Source of the DNA: an uncultured bacterium
GTDB taxonomy: Bacteria > Chloroflexota > UBA5177 > JANWHV01
DNA: 64,000 bases
Assembly (NCBI GenBank): GCA_963827235.1
Contig: CAWHAE010000017.1
Span: forward strand, 189,287 to 253,286
Direction: 5' to 3'
The position numbers and the translations under genes were made by a program. Shown here piece after piece: positions 30,801 through 39,114 of this stretch. The notes below the pieces were generated by a model. That model ran no database searches. It was given only the letters and a program-made list of their open reading frames with translations, and had not been told where the DNA came from. How positions within the stretch are numbered: position 1 is the first letter of the stretch; every line of letters begins with the position of its first letter.

Positions 30801-31873
30801 GACACACTCACTGCGGCACCGGGATCGATGGGGTCGAGCGTGCCGTCGGCTGCCTGCCGGGTGACCTGCGCGGTGAAGTTGTCGGTGGCAGGCACCCCGG
30901 CCAGGAAGACGCCGAAGGGTCCGGACCCCGACCGAGCAGAAACCACGCCGCTCATGCTATCCATCAAGCGATAGACGTACCCGCTCTGGACGTCACAGTG
31001 CGGAGGCGTGCGCGGCAGCCTCAGCGTGCCCGGTCCGCTCGCGATCAGAGGGCGCAGATCCGTCACCGCTCCGCCGGTTGCCTGCGGGTGGTAGGTCGCC
31101 AGGACCGTGGCGCCCTGCTGCACGCGCACCAGCGACTGGCCGGCCGGCAGGCCGGCGAGGGCCAGTCTGCCCGCGGCATCCGCCGTGCCTCGGCACTCGA
31201 GCATCGTGCCGGCCTCCTCGCCAAGGTAGGTGACCATGGCCCCGGGCACCGCCTGCACGGCGAAAGTTGCCGGCCCTGGAGCGACCGGCAACCGCCAGGA
31301 ACGCAGCACCGTGATGGCCGACGCAAGGCCATCGTCGCGCACGATGCTGATCGTTGCACTGCCCTTTGCCGTGTCGGCGGGCAAGGTCACCGATACATCG
31401 TGACTGCCCCGCGTGTCGGCGAGGTGCCCATCGGCGTCCGCGAACACCGTGGTCGCGGGTGGAGAGTACCGCACGGGCACGACGAGATTGCCGCTCGTGT
31501 GAGCCCGAGGTGCATCGATCAGGAGGCGTAGAGGCGTCCGGGGCGGCAGCCCAGACACGTGCAGGATGATAGACTGCCCGCCGCGCGCGGGCTGGGCGCC
31601 GGTGAACGTGGCAGCAGTGATCACGATGGGTCGCGCCGCCTGTGTGCAAGCGATCACCGTGCGTGGCAACACGTAGGCTGGGGCCACGTACAACGCAGGC
31701 ATCGGCGCGCCCGCGGGCGAAGGTGCCTGGGTCGAGCCGAATACGCTGTCCGCCGCGGCGTGTATCGGGACAGGAGCGCCGTCCACGGTGGAAGGGCGCG
31801 GGCCCACCGAGATGCATAGCACGAGCCCTAGCAGCGCCAGACGCCTGCCGCCGTGTCGAACGTACGTGGACAT
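27875..31873 (-). CDS. Giant secreted multidomain protein B (Ig-like, beta-rich core, beta-propeller, CARDB-like, FN3-like)
   Basis: 1332 aa; AAAGGA SD; signal peptide; PxxAxxxxGxxxVxW propeller blades; VRVQLRNTG; VQWAP...VAGYAIYR...YLVATLD. Colinear with the upstream paralog. Confidence 0.85.
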   Translation of the reverse strand: MSTYVRHGGRRLALLGLVLCISVGPRPSTVDGAPVPIHAAADSVFGSTQAPSPAGAPMPALYVAPAYVLPRTVIACTQAARPIVITAATFTGAQPARGGQSIILHVSGLPPRTPLRLLIDAPRAHTSGNLVVPVRYSPPATTVFADADGHLADTRGSHDVSVTLPADTAKGSATISIVRDDGLASAITVLRSWRLPVAPGPATFAVQAVPGAMVTYLGEEAGTMLECRGTADAAGRLALAGLPAGQSLVRVQQGATVLATYHPQATGGAVTDLRPLIASGPGTLRLPRTPPHCDVQSGYVYRLMDSMSGVVSARSGSGPFGVFLAGVPATDNFTAQVTRQAADGTLDPIDPGAAVSVSLYHNGTNTLVGTATIGSPVAGSGTQASPGYTPATIQFDASILQAGTSYLEWQVGSSNQACVAAYQLTTVKNPASTVLGTVDTYFDAGTNSYQVSGVLPTRPRLRFSEPIDLSLPASTIEGANLPAEVFQNWNNEGDIGLDVKETIHTDGSWTGSLGGHARLILLNHTLLNEQLPSLSGGGPDLSHGAMLQTVPLASKSIDVSLYNELFEIPDLGLVVVVNVRFRANGSVNAAFGVPGTLNAAEFTLDPTLTFSVVGTGSIATPIGTFSAEVDGNLGLALPIVLEVPGGAQVHFGLRASVTATFSQTFLGSDTETILPLQCVGDCGAAPLTASGILLPTLSPPGSPRRIGPLQASSARPASGQAAPRAAQMLVVPVTAKPSTPPVDPEPAYAISPDGTRAVLWLQTGADGTRTLRARLGSGAARTLSAPHTSPSAPQIAWLSTTRALAVWVASPAGPSSIGQASAVQRDPLSALRAELSGQRLYSAVWDGRQWSSPSIVTAEPVMADEPALAANPATGEAALVWVRCPSTADLTGILGSCTLAGADWQAGRWQPAWAIPGSAASVNEPVVAVSPDGALGVAWLDGQPGMGRLIFATRTPQGWTPARQISGLPSAAWRDALAFDDTNRPVLAEESSDGLWTARRESSGAWRTWNMGAGSMPRLARAAHSTIAMLATQPAGDAQQGTGAPALSVLDGTRWSPFMPLALTVGDASTTALATDLRTGAAGIVAACVCRGGALPSPQEGNGSLLDAGARLYAQDVPPGSAATLGVDGITLAAAHPRAGEPSLVRVQLRNTGVTATPAGVAVGLTIVSAGLTQRLLLRTPQAVPPNGTSAVEAPVSTPDNVIEVAVTVDGRVAGHAVLGLLPAPQQVRVATGLGGTLVQWAPVAATDVAGYAIYRQVDGQRPVLQGMAHEDEATWIGPADADRRAVYLVATLDVRGRLSRAAEAVSTASPSHEAAAFLRRAGLEAQSSGTS

Positions 31874-31903
31874 GTGGCGTTTCCTTTCTCCGCAACGCAG
31901 GCG

Positions 31904-34900
31904 TTACGGTGCGACGGACAGGGCGGTAGATAGGAGAGACTCGCGACCAAAGCGGTCGATCGCGGTGACCCGGTAGGTGTAGGAGCGCCCGGTCTCGCGC
32001 TGGGCGTCCAGCCAGAGCGTACCCCCGGCAATACCAACCATGGACAGCGGACCGGATGACCCCAGACCGCGGTAGATGCGATACCCCACCACATCCGGGT
32101 CGGCGGCAGCGGCCCAGTTGAGCTGCAACTCGCCGGCACTGCCTGCAGGCGCATTGCCGAGCGTGGTTGGTGCGGGCGGCAGACCAAGTGCAGCTTTGAC
32201 GACACCCCCACCGGCAAGCGCGCTGATCTGCAGGGCCGTCGACGGCATCACCACGCCCGTCCGCAGCGTGGTCGTAGCGCCGGGCAGGAGGGGAGCGGCA
32301 AGGCGCAGCGCTCGCGTGACGAAGCCGGTACGTAGGGTGACGATGCTGCCTGCCGGGAGCGTGGCAATGCCGGTATTCTCTACCTGCACCTGGACGGACG
32401 CTTGCGTGCCGGGGGCCGGCTGCGGCGGAGACAGAGCTACACCCTGGGAGACGAGGGCGAGATGGCCCGCCGCCGGCACGTCCAGCGCGTGAAGCTGCAT
32501 CGAAGCATCCAGCGCGGTGCTGCTCGAGGCACCCTGCAGAAGGGTAAGCAGCGTGCCGGTGCGCGGATCGATCGCTGCTGCCAGCCCGGCCGGAGTGGCT
32601 CCCGCGTTCGCCAGGGGCACTGCGCCGCCCCATGTACCACCAAGGGGCAGAACTCGGGCGCTCAGTGACTGGGATGCCGTGCCGTTCGAGGTCACGGCGG
32701 CGAACAGGACGGATCCGTCGGCCTTGGCGGCGAGGCGCGGCAGGCTGCCGTTCCCCATCTGCCAAACGGTCCAGGTGCCCGAGGGCGCGCGCCGTGCCGC
32801 CGCCAGGCTAGTACCTGCCACGGCCAGCACGGGGTCACCGGCGCCGTCCAGCGCCAAGCGCAGCGAGGTCAGGCCCGCAGGCAATCCCCTGATGGACGTC
32901 GCGGCCGGCCGCGGTCCGGTCAATGCCGGCGCAAACAGCACCTTCGCGGCCGACCCGGTGCCTTGCAGCCAGGCCGCCGAGAAGCTGCCCTGCAGGCTCA
33001 CCGCCGCAACCGGGGCGTGCGCGCCGTCGACCGTGGTGATCGGTACCGGGGCCGACCAGCGTCCGCCGCCATAGCGCGCCGCCAGCACGGATGTCTTCTG
33101 CAGCACATCCGCGGTGGACACACCATTGCTGCTGTGTGTCCAGAGCAGCACCGCCAGGCCAGTCCGGGGGTCGGCAGCCAGCGCCGGCTCCGTGTCGGCA
33201 AGATTGTCGGTCGTGAGCCGTCGCGGCGTGGACCACGTCCGACCATCCCAGGCTGCGCTATACAGCTCCTGCCCGCTCAACGCAGTTGCCAGAGCCGCGT
33301 CGTCAGGGCGCGAGCCCTGGCCCCCCAATGCGCTGATCTGCGCCGGCGGAGCTGTGTTCCCCACCCACACCGCGAGCGCCCTGTCCGGACCAATCCAGGC
33401 CACGGTCGGTGCGGCGATCTGGGCGCGGCTATCGGCAATCGTCTCTGTAGCGCCGCCGTCGACGCGCGCAAGCAAGCGGACGACGCCGCCGGACGAGTCG
33501 ACCCACAGCGTGGCCTGATGACTCGCGGTCGAGTAGGCCGTGACGGGCTGAGCGGGATACTGATATCGCGGGCCGGGCGAGATGCGCACGGAGGCCGCCG
33601 CGTGCCCTGCCGCCGCGCGGCCGGCCACACCGGCCGCTGCCGGCACGGCATCATAAAGCCGGCTGACCAGACTGGCACGGCCAGGCATGGGCACCGCCGC
33701 TGGCGCCAGGGCGAAGGCCGGGTTGATCACTGTGCAGTCGCCAAGCAGGCACGTCGGCGCCACGATGGTGAAGTCCACGTCCGGCCCCGTGCAGCTGATG
33801 AAGCAGAAGTGCGCGTATGCGTGCCCGGTGACGCTGAACCGCACTGCCAGATGCGCCTGGACGCCGTCCGGAATGGAGACGCTGACCGGTGCCTGAAGGA
33901 TGAGATTGCCGTTCACGTTCACGCCCGCGCTCGAGCCGGCGAGATCTGCCTCCGCCGAGGCCACGATGCCGGCGGTCAGGGCAGGCGTCACGGTCAAGGT
34001 GACGCGATTGAGCACTGCGGCAACGCCTACAGAGGCATTGAGGCTGCCCTCCAGCTCGACGCCGAGCTTGAACTCGCCACCGGCGATACCGGGGAATCCG
34101 ATAGGTACGACCAGCAGCGGCTGTCCACCCAACTGGTTGTTGGAGGCCAGGGTATCGCTGTAGACAGTGAACTGATCCCGCGCGAGATTCTGGCCGCTTC
34201 CCGAGAACGTCGGCAGCTCTGAGTCGGCGAGCGAGATGCCGATCACCTGTATCTTCGCGTGCGCGGTGATGAAACCGTCCCACCGCCCGCTTGTATAGAG
34301 TCGTTCGTTCACGTCGATCCCCGCGTCGGTCGAGGCGAGATTGGGGAACGGCGCGTGAAAGCCGGGAATAGTCACGATGCCGTCTACGTCATACGGATCC
34401 CAGCCGACGGGGATGTCGGAGGTCGAAAAGTGCAGGACCTGTCCCACGAGACCGCTGTTGGGCAGCGTGTCCGAGGAGTAATACGCATGATCGGCCTGGT
34501 CGTACACCGGCTGGATGGTGCCGAGCGGTGTCCTCCAGGGATTGGCGATCATGGTCAGGCGATAGACCGAAGGGCAGCGTGAGTTGTCACCAAGCGTCAG
34601 CTTCACGTTCCAGGCCCCGGGCGCCAGCTGGCTCAGGTCGATGTCCGGGAAGAGATAGAAACGGCTGGTGAGGATGCGCAGAATGCTCGACTCGTTTTGC
34701 ACGGCGCCGAGGACGTACTGGCCCGCTCCCGGGGCGCCGGAGGCCGCGGCCAGGGCGGCCGGCACGGTCGAGTAGTGATAGTCAGCCATCATGACTCCCG
34801 GCGCTCGCTGGGCCTGAGCCGCGGAATAGGCAATCGGCAGCGATTCAATGTGACCGGCAACGGTCAGACCGGGAGCGCTGCCCTTGGCCGGCTGAAATGT

Positions 34901-36490
34901 CAGGCTGACAGGCTCGTTCAGGGGCACGCCGTCGTCAATCATCGCCTTGAAGGTGTCGAGTGTCTGGACACCGCTGATGAACGTGCCAAACGGCCCGGTT
35001 CCGCTACTCGCGCCCGTCCCCCCGCTCTCCCGGTCGTAGAGGCCGTATACCTCACTACCGGCGAGGTTGCAGGCCAGGGCCTGGGAAGCTGCCGACACGA
35101 GACTGATATGCGTTGTGGCGCCTGGGGCGGCTTGCACCTGGGCGGAAGCCACGACGTTCTTGCCCAAGCTGGCAATGACCTGGCCCTGACCGGACGCAAC
35201 GGCGAGGAACGTTGCCGCCCCGCTCACGCTCGTCTGGCCGCACACGCTTCTCAGGCTCACGCCCGTCGCGCTCACGGCGCTGGAGGGAATGTAGGTCAGC
35301 GTCGCTCCTCGTACGGGATGACCGGCGCTATCGACGAGGGATACCGAGAGGCTCGGCGGTCGCGGTGTCGTTTGAAACGTCCATTGGGCAACCGGATTGG
35401 GATGGCTCGCCCCAGTCGCGGGCGAGTGCGGGACGACCAGGATCGTCGCCGTGCCGCCGTCCGTATCCTCAGGCAACACGACTGCAGCATTCAGCACGCC
35501 GGACCTGTCGGTACGAGCACCGGTCGGCGGCGGAGAATAGGCGATCGGCACGCTGGCGGCTCCGCTGACTATCGCACGCGGGCCGCTGAAGATAAGGTCG
35601 AACGCGGTATCCGGCTGCAAGCCGGGAATGTGCACGTGCACGCTCTGGCCCCCGGCATAGGCAGTCCTGCTCGAGGCGTTATGGCCGGGCGAGAGATCGA
35701 CGCTCTGTGACGGAGGCGCAAGGCATCCACCCTGGACCTGCTGCAGCCGAGCCACGGAAATCAACGATGCGGGCGTTGGCGACGGAGACGGCAGCACAAC
35801 GCGCGTGGGTGAGGGCACGGCGGTGGCCGTGGCAGGCATCGCGGTCGCGGACAGCGGCGTGTTCGAGGCCGTAACGGTTGCCGATGCCGAAGAGCTTATT
35901 GTCGGCGTGGCCGTGGGTGTGCCGGTGCTCGACGCCGAGGGGCTTATTGTCGGCGACGCTGTTGACGTGCTGGTGACTGTCGGCGTGCCGGTCGCGGTCG
36001 ACGTATCGCTGGGCAGACTTGTCGGCGTGGCTGTAGCGGGCGCCGTCACGACGAATGCCGCGTAGTACGCGAAATGGAGATACGAGAAGAAGACCTGGTG
36101 CGAACCCAGGGCAGCGTCCGGCGGAACCGTGATGTCCTCCGCTGAGCCGGTACAGAGCGTACCGAAGCCGGTGTAGCCCGTGGTGGTGGTGCACTGTTGC
36201 CAGGTAGGGGAATCCAGGAGCGTGCCAAAGTCGTCGAAGTAGAGTCTTCCCAGGCGTCCCACAGAAGCCGCACCACCACTCACCAACAGGGACACGGAGA
36301 CGGTCGAGCCGGCAGGACCAGTTGCCGGATCGACGGTCAGACCGCTCGCCGTGTCCGCGTAGACAGTGGGCGCGCCGGATCGTTCCAACTGCCGTCCGGG
36401 CACGACAAGCGCTGCCAGCAGCACAAGCGTCAGGATTACGTTGCGCCGCGACCGGCGTTCCGGGCGCAGCATTCGCCGTTTCGTCGACAT
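31904..36490 (-). CDS. Giant secreted multidomain protein A (extra N-terminal domain and S/T/P linker, Ig-like, beta-rich core, beta-propeller, CARDB-like, FN3)
   Basis: 1528 aa; AAGGAG SD; RR-containing signal peptide; roughly 90-aa S/T/P linker; VQVQVENTG; LNWAAAADPDVVGYRIYRG...YTYRVTAID. Confidence 0.87.
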   Translation of the reverse strand: MSTKRRMLRPERRSRRNVILTLVLLAALVVPGRQLERSGAPTVYADTASGLTVDPATGPAGSTVSVSLLVSGGAASVGRLGRLYFDDFGTLLDSPTWQQCTTTTGYTGFGTLCTGSAEDITVPPDAALGSHQVFFSYLHFAYYAAFVVTAPATATPTSLPSDTSTATGTPTVTSTSTASPTISPSASSTGTPTATPTISSSASATVTASNTPLSATAMPATATAVPSPTRVVLPSPSPTPASLISVARLQQVQGGCLAPPSQSVDLSPGHNASSRTAYAGGQSVHVHIPGLQPDTAFDLIFSGPRAIVSGAASVPIAYSPPPTGARTDRSGVLNAAVVLPEDTDGGTATILVVPHSPATGASHPNPVAQWTFQTTPRPPSLSVSLVDSAGHPVRGATLTYIPSSAVSATGVSLRSVCGQTSVSGAATFLAVASGQGQVIASLGKNVVASAQVQAAPGATTHISLVSAASQALACNLAGSEVYGLYDRESGGTGASSGTGPFGTFISGVQTLDTFKAMIDDGVPLNEPVSLTFQPAKGSAPGLTVAGHIESLPIAYSAAQAQRAPGVMMADYHYSTVPAALAAASGAPGAGQYVLGAVQNESSILRILTSRFYLFPDIDLSQLAPGAWNVKLTLGDNSRCPSVYRLTMIANPWRTPLGTIQPVYDQADHAYYSSDTLPNSGLVGQVLHFSTSDIPVGWDPYDVDGIVTIPGFHAPFPNLASTDAGIDVNERLYTSGRWDGFITAHAKIQVIGISLADSELPTFSGSGQNLARDQFTVYSDTLASNNQLGGQPLLVVPIGFPGIAGGEFKLGVELEGSLNASVGVAAVLNRVTLTVTPALTAGIVASAEADLAGSSAGVNVNGNLILQAPVSVSIPDGVQAHLAVRFSVTGHAYAHFCFISCTGPDVDFTIVAPTCLLGDCTVINPAFALAPAAVPMPGRASLVSRLYDAVPAAAGVAGRAAAGHAAASVRISPGPRYQYPAQPVTAYSTASHQATLWVDSSGGVVRLLARVDGGATETIADSRAQIAAPTVAWIGPDRALAVWVGNTAPPAQISALGGQGSRPDDAALATALSGQELYSAAWDGRTWSTPRRLTTDNLADTEPALAADPRTGLAVLLWTHSSNGVSTADVLQKTSVLAARYGGGRWSAPVPITTVDGAHAPVAAVSLQGSFSAAWLQGTGSAAKVLFAPALTGPRPAATSIRGLPAGLTSLRLALDGAGDPVLAVAGTSLAAARRAPSGTWTVWQMGNGSLPRLAAKADGSVLFAAVTSNGTASQSLSARVLPLGGTWGGAVPLANAGATPAGLAAAIDPRTGTLLTLLQGASSSTALDASMQLHALDVPAAGHLALVSQGVALSPPQPAPGTQASVQVQVENTGIATLPAGSIVTLRTGFVTRALRLAAPLLPGATTTLRTGVVMPSTALQISALAGGGVVKAALGLPPAPTTLGNAPAGSAGELQLNWAAAADPDVVGYRIYRGLGSSGPLSMVGIAGGTLWLDAQRETGRSYTYRVTAIDRFGRESLLSTALSVAP

Positions 36491-36499
36491 GATCGCTCC

Positions 36500-36784
36500 T
36501 TACCTGGCTCCGCATGAGCTACTGCTGGCTGACCGGCGCCAGTACTTTGTCCGCGCGCGAAAGGTGAACGAGCCAGTTCGGCGCGCCGCAATCCGCGCGA
36601 ATGTGTGCGACTCGGGATCGCTCACTGCCGCTGGCACGATCGTGCCGCACTGGGAGCCCAGGGCGTAAACGGTGGTTGCGCACGTGCCTGGTGCGAGCGT
36701 GACGTCCTCAGCCCGCCGGCGCGGCAACAAGGACGCACCAGCAGCAATCCGCACCGGCAGCCGCGCATGGTGTTGTCGATCCAT
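36500..36784 (-). CDS. Possible small protein leading the giant-protein operon
   Basis: Strong SD AAAGGAGG before ATG 36784; its TAA stop overlaps the SD (taAGGAG) of gene A. The product is unrecognisable and may be frameshifted. Confidence 0.4.
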   Translation of the reverse strand: MDRQHHARLPVRIAAGASLLPRRRAEDVTLAPGTCATTVYALGSQCGTIVPAAVSDPESHTFARIAARRTGSFTFRARTKYWRRSASSSSCGAR

Positions 36785-37074
36785 CGCCCTGGCCTCCTTT
36801 CTTTCGACCTGCGGCCCGTCTGTCTTCGAGTCTGCGCTCGGCGCAGACTCGAAGACACGATCAGCACTAACCGAATACTCACCGTTGTGCAGGTGCAACA
36901 GCGCAAAGAAGGCAGGCTCAGCAATTGGCAGTGCACGGCCCGGCAGCCGGAACGGATGCGGACGAGGTATGTCCTAAGGCGACCAGATGAATCGGTGGTT
37001 TTGCGCGCTGCGCTCAGACATACGCTGGGTCCGTGGGTGAGTCGCGCCTCCGCGCGAAGGTTACGCAGCGGCTA

Positions 37075-38928
37075 TCACGATGACGGGACGGTCCATCCGC
37101 GGGCGTAGAGCGATTCCTGTCCCAGCAAGCCAAGGGAGATGCGATAGGCAGGGTTCTTGATCTCGAGGTGCAATTCCATCCGGGCATTTTGAAAGTACTG
37201 CATCGTGTATTCGCGTTTGCTGCCATCGAGGTTGTAACTGTCGAATACCGGTGTAATCGGCGCGCCGAAGACCGCAAGTCCCCCGTGCGAGCGCCAGAAA
37301 GCAGCAAACTGTCCCGTGGGAGCCTGTGCGAGCGTTCGAGGGGACGGCACCAGGACGGATGGCGCGGGATCCGGCTCTTCCCATGTCGTGCCGTAGTAGT
37401 ACACGTCAACCCCAAGCGGCGCCACGATCACGCTGCCGTGGCGGAGTTGCAGGCGTAGATGCTCGAAGTCCTGGGTCAAGACGTCGCTCTGCAGATAGGC
37501 CTCCGTCACCGGATAGCCGATGATCTGCAGGCCAAGCTGGCGATAGCGGGCGACGAATGGTACAGCTACGCTGTGCCGGGTGGCGGGAACGAGCAGCGTT
37601 CCCGGTGCGTTGCTCGGGGGCGCAGAGTTGGGCAAGAGATTGGCGGCTATTCGCTGCCAGCTCCTCCCAGCATCCATACTCCGGTACAGCCGATCGGACA
37701 GTCCCCCGGCCTTGTCATCGGTGAGCAGGTATATCGGATCGCCCGCGTGCGCTCCGGCGAACACGTATGCTACGTGCTGAGCCAGCACGGGAAGGTCGCC
37801 GCTGATTGCAAGGCGGGCGTTGGCCGGGCCGACCAGGTGGAACGGATGGATGCCGTCGGCGTAGAAGCCGTATGAAGCGCCGGCGCCGAAGACGTTCTCG
37901 ACGGTGAGCCGCGGGCAGGCTCCGGCCAGGTCACCCGGGCACGAGGCGATGCTCCAGGTCCTTCCCTCGTCGCTGGAGAGGTAGCGACGGTCGGCAGGAA
38001 TGCCCTTGGTGGTAGTCAGTGAAACCAGCATCCCCGGCAAATGGCTGTCCGTGGCGAGGGAGTAGCTCGAGAGTGGAGGAACGTCGGTCGGAGTGATCAC
38101 GGTCGACCAGGTCATGCCGGCGTCGTCGCTGCGCAGCCACTGCAGGCCGATACCGCTGTAGACAGCGTCCGCGTCGCCGTACCCGGTGTAGACCGTGTTG
38201 GCGCGGGCAGCATCCGGCACGATTGCACCGGACGACAGACTGGAATCGACCTGCGTGCCGGCATCACCCACATCAGACCACGTCACGCCGCCATCGCTGG
38301 AAACCTGCGGTCGCGTGAGCGACCCCGAGAAGTCCCCACTGGAATTCTGACGATAGGCGCGCTGCGGCGCCACAGGGCTGATCACGGGATCGAACTGCCC
38401 GTTGCCGTACTCGCCGACTTCACCACTCACCGGCATCCAGCTCAAGCCTCCGTCCGAAGAGCGGATAACCTGGCTGTAGGCGGTGCCTGGGGTGGAGGGC
38501 TGGTGGTACGTGGCGGCGAGCAAGTACGAGTCATCAGGCGCGATGCGGAACGGACTGATGACAGTCTGGCCGAGAATGGGATCGCTCGTGGGATCGCTGG
38601 AGTCTGTGTGACCGGTGAAGGTCTGCCCCAGACCCAGAGCGTGGCCCAGATCTGACCACGTCGTGCCGGAGTCGGTTGAACGCCAATACCCGTAGAAGCC
38701 GGAGCGATACGCATCTGGGGACGCGGCTGAGCCACCGATATACAGAGTAGTTGGGTGACGCGGATCGCCGACCAGAGACAGCACCTTCACGACTGCCGCG
38801 GACGCGTGCTTGGCAGCACTCTGGTCAGCGTGCACGCGTGATGGCGCGCCCGCGGCGGCGCCATGGGCGACGAACGAAAACACCATGAACATGCCAAGAA
38901 TCCCGCGCGAGGCGGTCGACAGCGGCAT
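37075..38928 (-). CDS. Secreted BNR/Asp-box beta-propeller protein with C-terminal Chloroflexota-type repeat domain
   Basis: STDSGTTW, SSDGGLSW, SSDGGVTW, SDDAGMTW, SSDEGRTW, SMDAGRSW; C-terminal GYPV/GAPI...QYFQNARMELH; GGAG SD. Confidence 0.87.
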   Translation of the reverse strand: MPLSTASRGILGMFMVFSFVAHGAAAGAPSRVHADQSAAKHASAAVVKVLSLVGDPRHPTTLYIGGSAASPDAYRSGFYGYWRSTDSGTTWSDLGHALGLGQTFTGHTDSSDPTSDPILGQTVISPFRIAPDDSYLLAATYHQPSTPGTAYSQVIRSSDGGLSWMPVSGEVGEYGNGQFDPVISPVAPQRAYRQNSSGDFSGSLTRPQVSSDGGVTWSDVGDAGTQVDSSLSSGAIVPDAARANTVYTGYGDADAVYSGIGLQWLRSDDAGMTWSTVITPTDVPPLSSYSLATDSHLPGMLVSLTTTKGIPADRRYLSSDEGRTWSIASCPGDLAGACPRLTVENVFGAGASYGFYADGIHPFHLVGPANARLAISGDLPVLAQHVAYVFAGAHAGDPIYLLTDDKAGGLSDRLYRSMDAGRSWQRIAANLLPNSAPPSNAPGTLLVPATRHSVAVPFVARYRQLGLQIIGYPVTEAYLQSDVLTQDFEHLRLQLRHGSVIVAPLGVDVYYYGTTWEEPDPAPSVLVPSPRTLAQAPTGQFAAFWRSHGGLAVFGAPITPVFDSYNLDGSKREYTMQYFQNARMELHLEIKNPAYRISLGLLGQESLYARGWTVPSS

Positions 38929-39114
38929 GCACGTCACTCCACATCTCTCAACTGCCTGTTCATCGCCATATCCCTCATTCTGCGTCGAGGGCACGCCAAT
39001 GTCCACGGACAATGCGATACCGATCTGTACGCTGCGCCTGTACAATTCACGGGCCGTTCTCTATACTCGGGACTTACAGAGCTTCTCGCGCAAACGCACG
39101 ACGAGCGGAGACGT

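Noticed and set aside
35770-36050. Degenerate tandem repeats (GCTTATTGTCGGCG twice, 48 bp apart)
   Set aside because: Explained by the S/T/P linker of giant protein A.
38863-39114. Extended N-termini given by the ORF track (also 13491..15473, 42704..44128, 47859..49172)
   Set aside because: Downstream starts have SD sequences and match domain boundaries; the extensions overlap other genes or promoters.
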